Source: an uncultured Nitrospiraceae bacterium
Lineage (GTDB): Bacteria > Nitrospirota > Nitrospiria > Nitrospirales > Nitrospiraceae
Assembly (NCBI GenBank): GCA_963730935.1
Contig: CAVSTP010000005.1
Span: forward strand, 1 to 28,202
Length of the DNA stretch: 28,202 bases
Direction: 5' to 3'
Position 1 is the first letter of the stretch, and each line of letters opens with the position of its first letter. Made by a program: the position numbers and the translations under genes. A model generated the notes under the pieces. That model searched no databases. It saw nothing but the letters and a program-made list of their open reading frames with translations, and had not been told where the DNA came from. Shown piece after piece: positions 26,621-28,202 of this stretch.

Positions 26621-28202
26621 CTACTTCGCCGCCACCGCGCGTACCTGCCGATAGGTCGTCAAGCCTTGGACAACCTTGCGTATTCCATCACCGAGCAGCG
26701 TCTGCATACCACTACGAATGGCTGCGTTGAGCATGTCGGCGGTTCTGGCCCTTGACTGAATGAGCTGCTTGGTCTCGTTCGTTCCCACCAACAGTTCATG
26801 GAGGGGGACGCGGCCCTTGAACCCGGACCGGTGGCACTGTTCACACCCGCGCCCCCGGGCCAACAAAAGCTGGTCGTATTCGGGTACCAACGCAGCTCCC
26901 GCGGCTGTACATTGCCCCTCGAGCAATTCCTCATACTCTTCCCGGGCTGGCCGGTAGGTTTCTTTGCACGCGGCGCAGATCCGCTTGCAGAGCCTGGTCG
27001 CCAAGACGCCGAGCATGGCGTCGGCGAAGTTGAACGGATCGCAGCCAAGGTCGAGGAGCCTGATCACGGTTTCCACGGCGCTATTGGTATGCAGCGTACT
27101 GAAGACCAGGTGTCCGGTGAGTGACGCTTCAATCGCAATGTCGGCGGTTTCCTTGTCCCGCATCTCGCCGATCATAATGACGTCCGGATCCGCCCGCAAA
27201 AAGGCCCGCATGGCTGTCGCAAAATCCAGTCCGATCTTTTGGTGGATTTGAAGCTGGCGAAGACCCTCTTGCGAGATTTCAATCGGGTCTTCGGCCGTCC
27301 AGATTTTCCGCTCTTCTGTGTTGATATGTTTTAGGATCGCGTGCAGCAGCGTGGTTTTTCCCGAGCCTGTCGGTCCCACGCAAAGAAAAATGCCATGCGG
27401 CTTCTCCGACAGCATCTTGATCGTCTGCAAGGTGCCCGGCGTGAACTCCATGGCTTCCAAGGGCATCGGATCCTTGGCCGTCAGCAGCCTCAACACCGCG
27501 TCTTCATTCCCGCCGGCGGTGGGCAGCGTGGCCACACGCAGCTCGATGCTTCGTTGCCCGCTGAGCTTGAAACGAATTTTCCCATCCTGTGGCTTGCGCC
27601 GTTCTGCAATATCGAGATTCGCCATGATCTTGATGCGTGAGACGAGGGCACGCCGATACGCGGCCGGAACCTTCGTATAGGTAAAGCAGGTGCCATCGAC
27701 CCGGAATCGAATGTTCATGTCCTTCCGGCCCATGCAAGGCTCAAGATGCAGGTCCGAGGCCCCCAGACGATCGGCTTCAGTGATCAAATGACTGGTCAGC
27801 CGTACGATGAGGGAATCGTTTTCATGAACGGGACCGGCGGAAAGATCGGGGACCGACTCGTAGGGGACCTCTTCGACCAATTCAGTGAGCAGCGTTCCCA
27901 TGGCCGAGCCGCCCCTTGGCGCCGAGAGTGCGCCGAGAAACTGCTCGATATCGCGACGCAGTCCCACAGAATAGCGGATCGTCATACCAGGAAATGTTCG
28001 CCTGACGTCCCACCCGCGTTCGAGATCGTGAGGATCATGGGTCAGCACATCGAGCAATTGGGCTCGACGCGCGACTGGAAGCCATAGATTCTTTTTCAGG
28101 TAGTCATGATTGAGCGGTTGGACCAGTTCGGCATCGATGACGGTCCGTTCGTCGAAGGGAAGATACGGACATTGATAATAGTCGCTCAGGATCGCGCCCA
28201 AC
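26621..28202 (-). CDS. GspE/PilB-family secretion or pilus assembly ATPase (5' end outside window)
   Basis: ASDLHLEP, LDIAERRKPQDG, GPTGSGKTT, TAEDPIE, LRADPDVIMIGEMRD, TGHLVFSTLHTN, CxxC...CxxC. Confidence 0.95.
   Translation of the reverse strand, partial: LGAILSDYYQCPYLPFDERTVIDAELVQPLNHDYLKKNLWLPVARRAQLLDVLTHDPHDLERGWDVRRTFPGMTIRYSVGLRRDIEQFLGALSAPRGGSAMGTLLTELVEEVPYESVPDLSAGPVHENDSLIVRLTSHLITEADRLGASDLHLEPCMGRKDMNIRFRVDGTCFTYTKVPAAYRRALVSRIKIMANLDIAERRKPQDGKIRFKLSGQRSIELRVATLPTAGGNEDAVLRLLTAKDPMPLEAMEFTPGTLQTIKMLSEKPHGIFLCVGPTGSGKTTLLHAILKHINTEERKIWTAEDPIEISQEGLRQLQIHQKIGLDFATAMRAFLRADPDVIMIGEMRDKETADIAIEASLTGHLVFSTLHTNSAVETVIRLLDLGCDPFNFADAMLGVLATRLCKRICAACKETYRPAREEYEELLEGQCTAAGAALVPEYDQLLLARGRGCEQCHRSGFKGRVPLHELLVGTNETKQLIQSRARTADMLNAAIRSGMQTLLGDGIRKVVQGLTTYRQVRAVAAK

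Overview
GC-rich bacterial chromosomal window, most like a Nitrospira-type genome (inferred from the gene families, not from a search). Mostly housekeeping and envelope genes: DUF1428 protein, NarL/LuxR regulator, RNase H-like exonuclease, di-haem cytochrome c peroxidase, small HExxH peptidase, EVE protein, YdcF protein, YkgJ protein, thrH, alginate-export-type porin, two tatA-family genes, MidA-like methyltransferase, a GT2 / LAB_N / ArnT lipid-modification cluster facing a PAP2 phosphatase, a minus-strand run phoH-ybeY-ftsY-(REC-REC)-M1 peptidase-TolB-like-PAP2, and a 5'-truncated GspE/PilB ATPase. The most unusual part is 112-1696 (minus strand). A TTGACA promoter with a Fur-box-like palindrome is followed by a ~130-nt leader ending in a strong terminator, then five small genes: two CxxC...CxxC zinc-ribbon ORFs missing from the ORF track, a peroxiredoxin-fold protein without its catalytic motif, a CxC-H protein and a one-helix membrane protein. 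Three genes look broken: a truncated lipoprotein, a PQQ sugar dehydrogenase with two lesions, and phoH with one extra base. No rRNA, tRNA, CRISPR array or mobile element was recognised.
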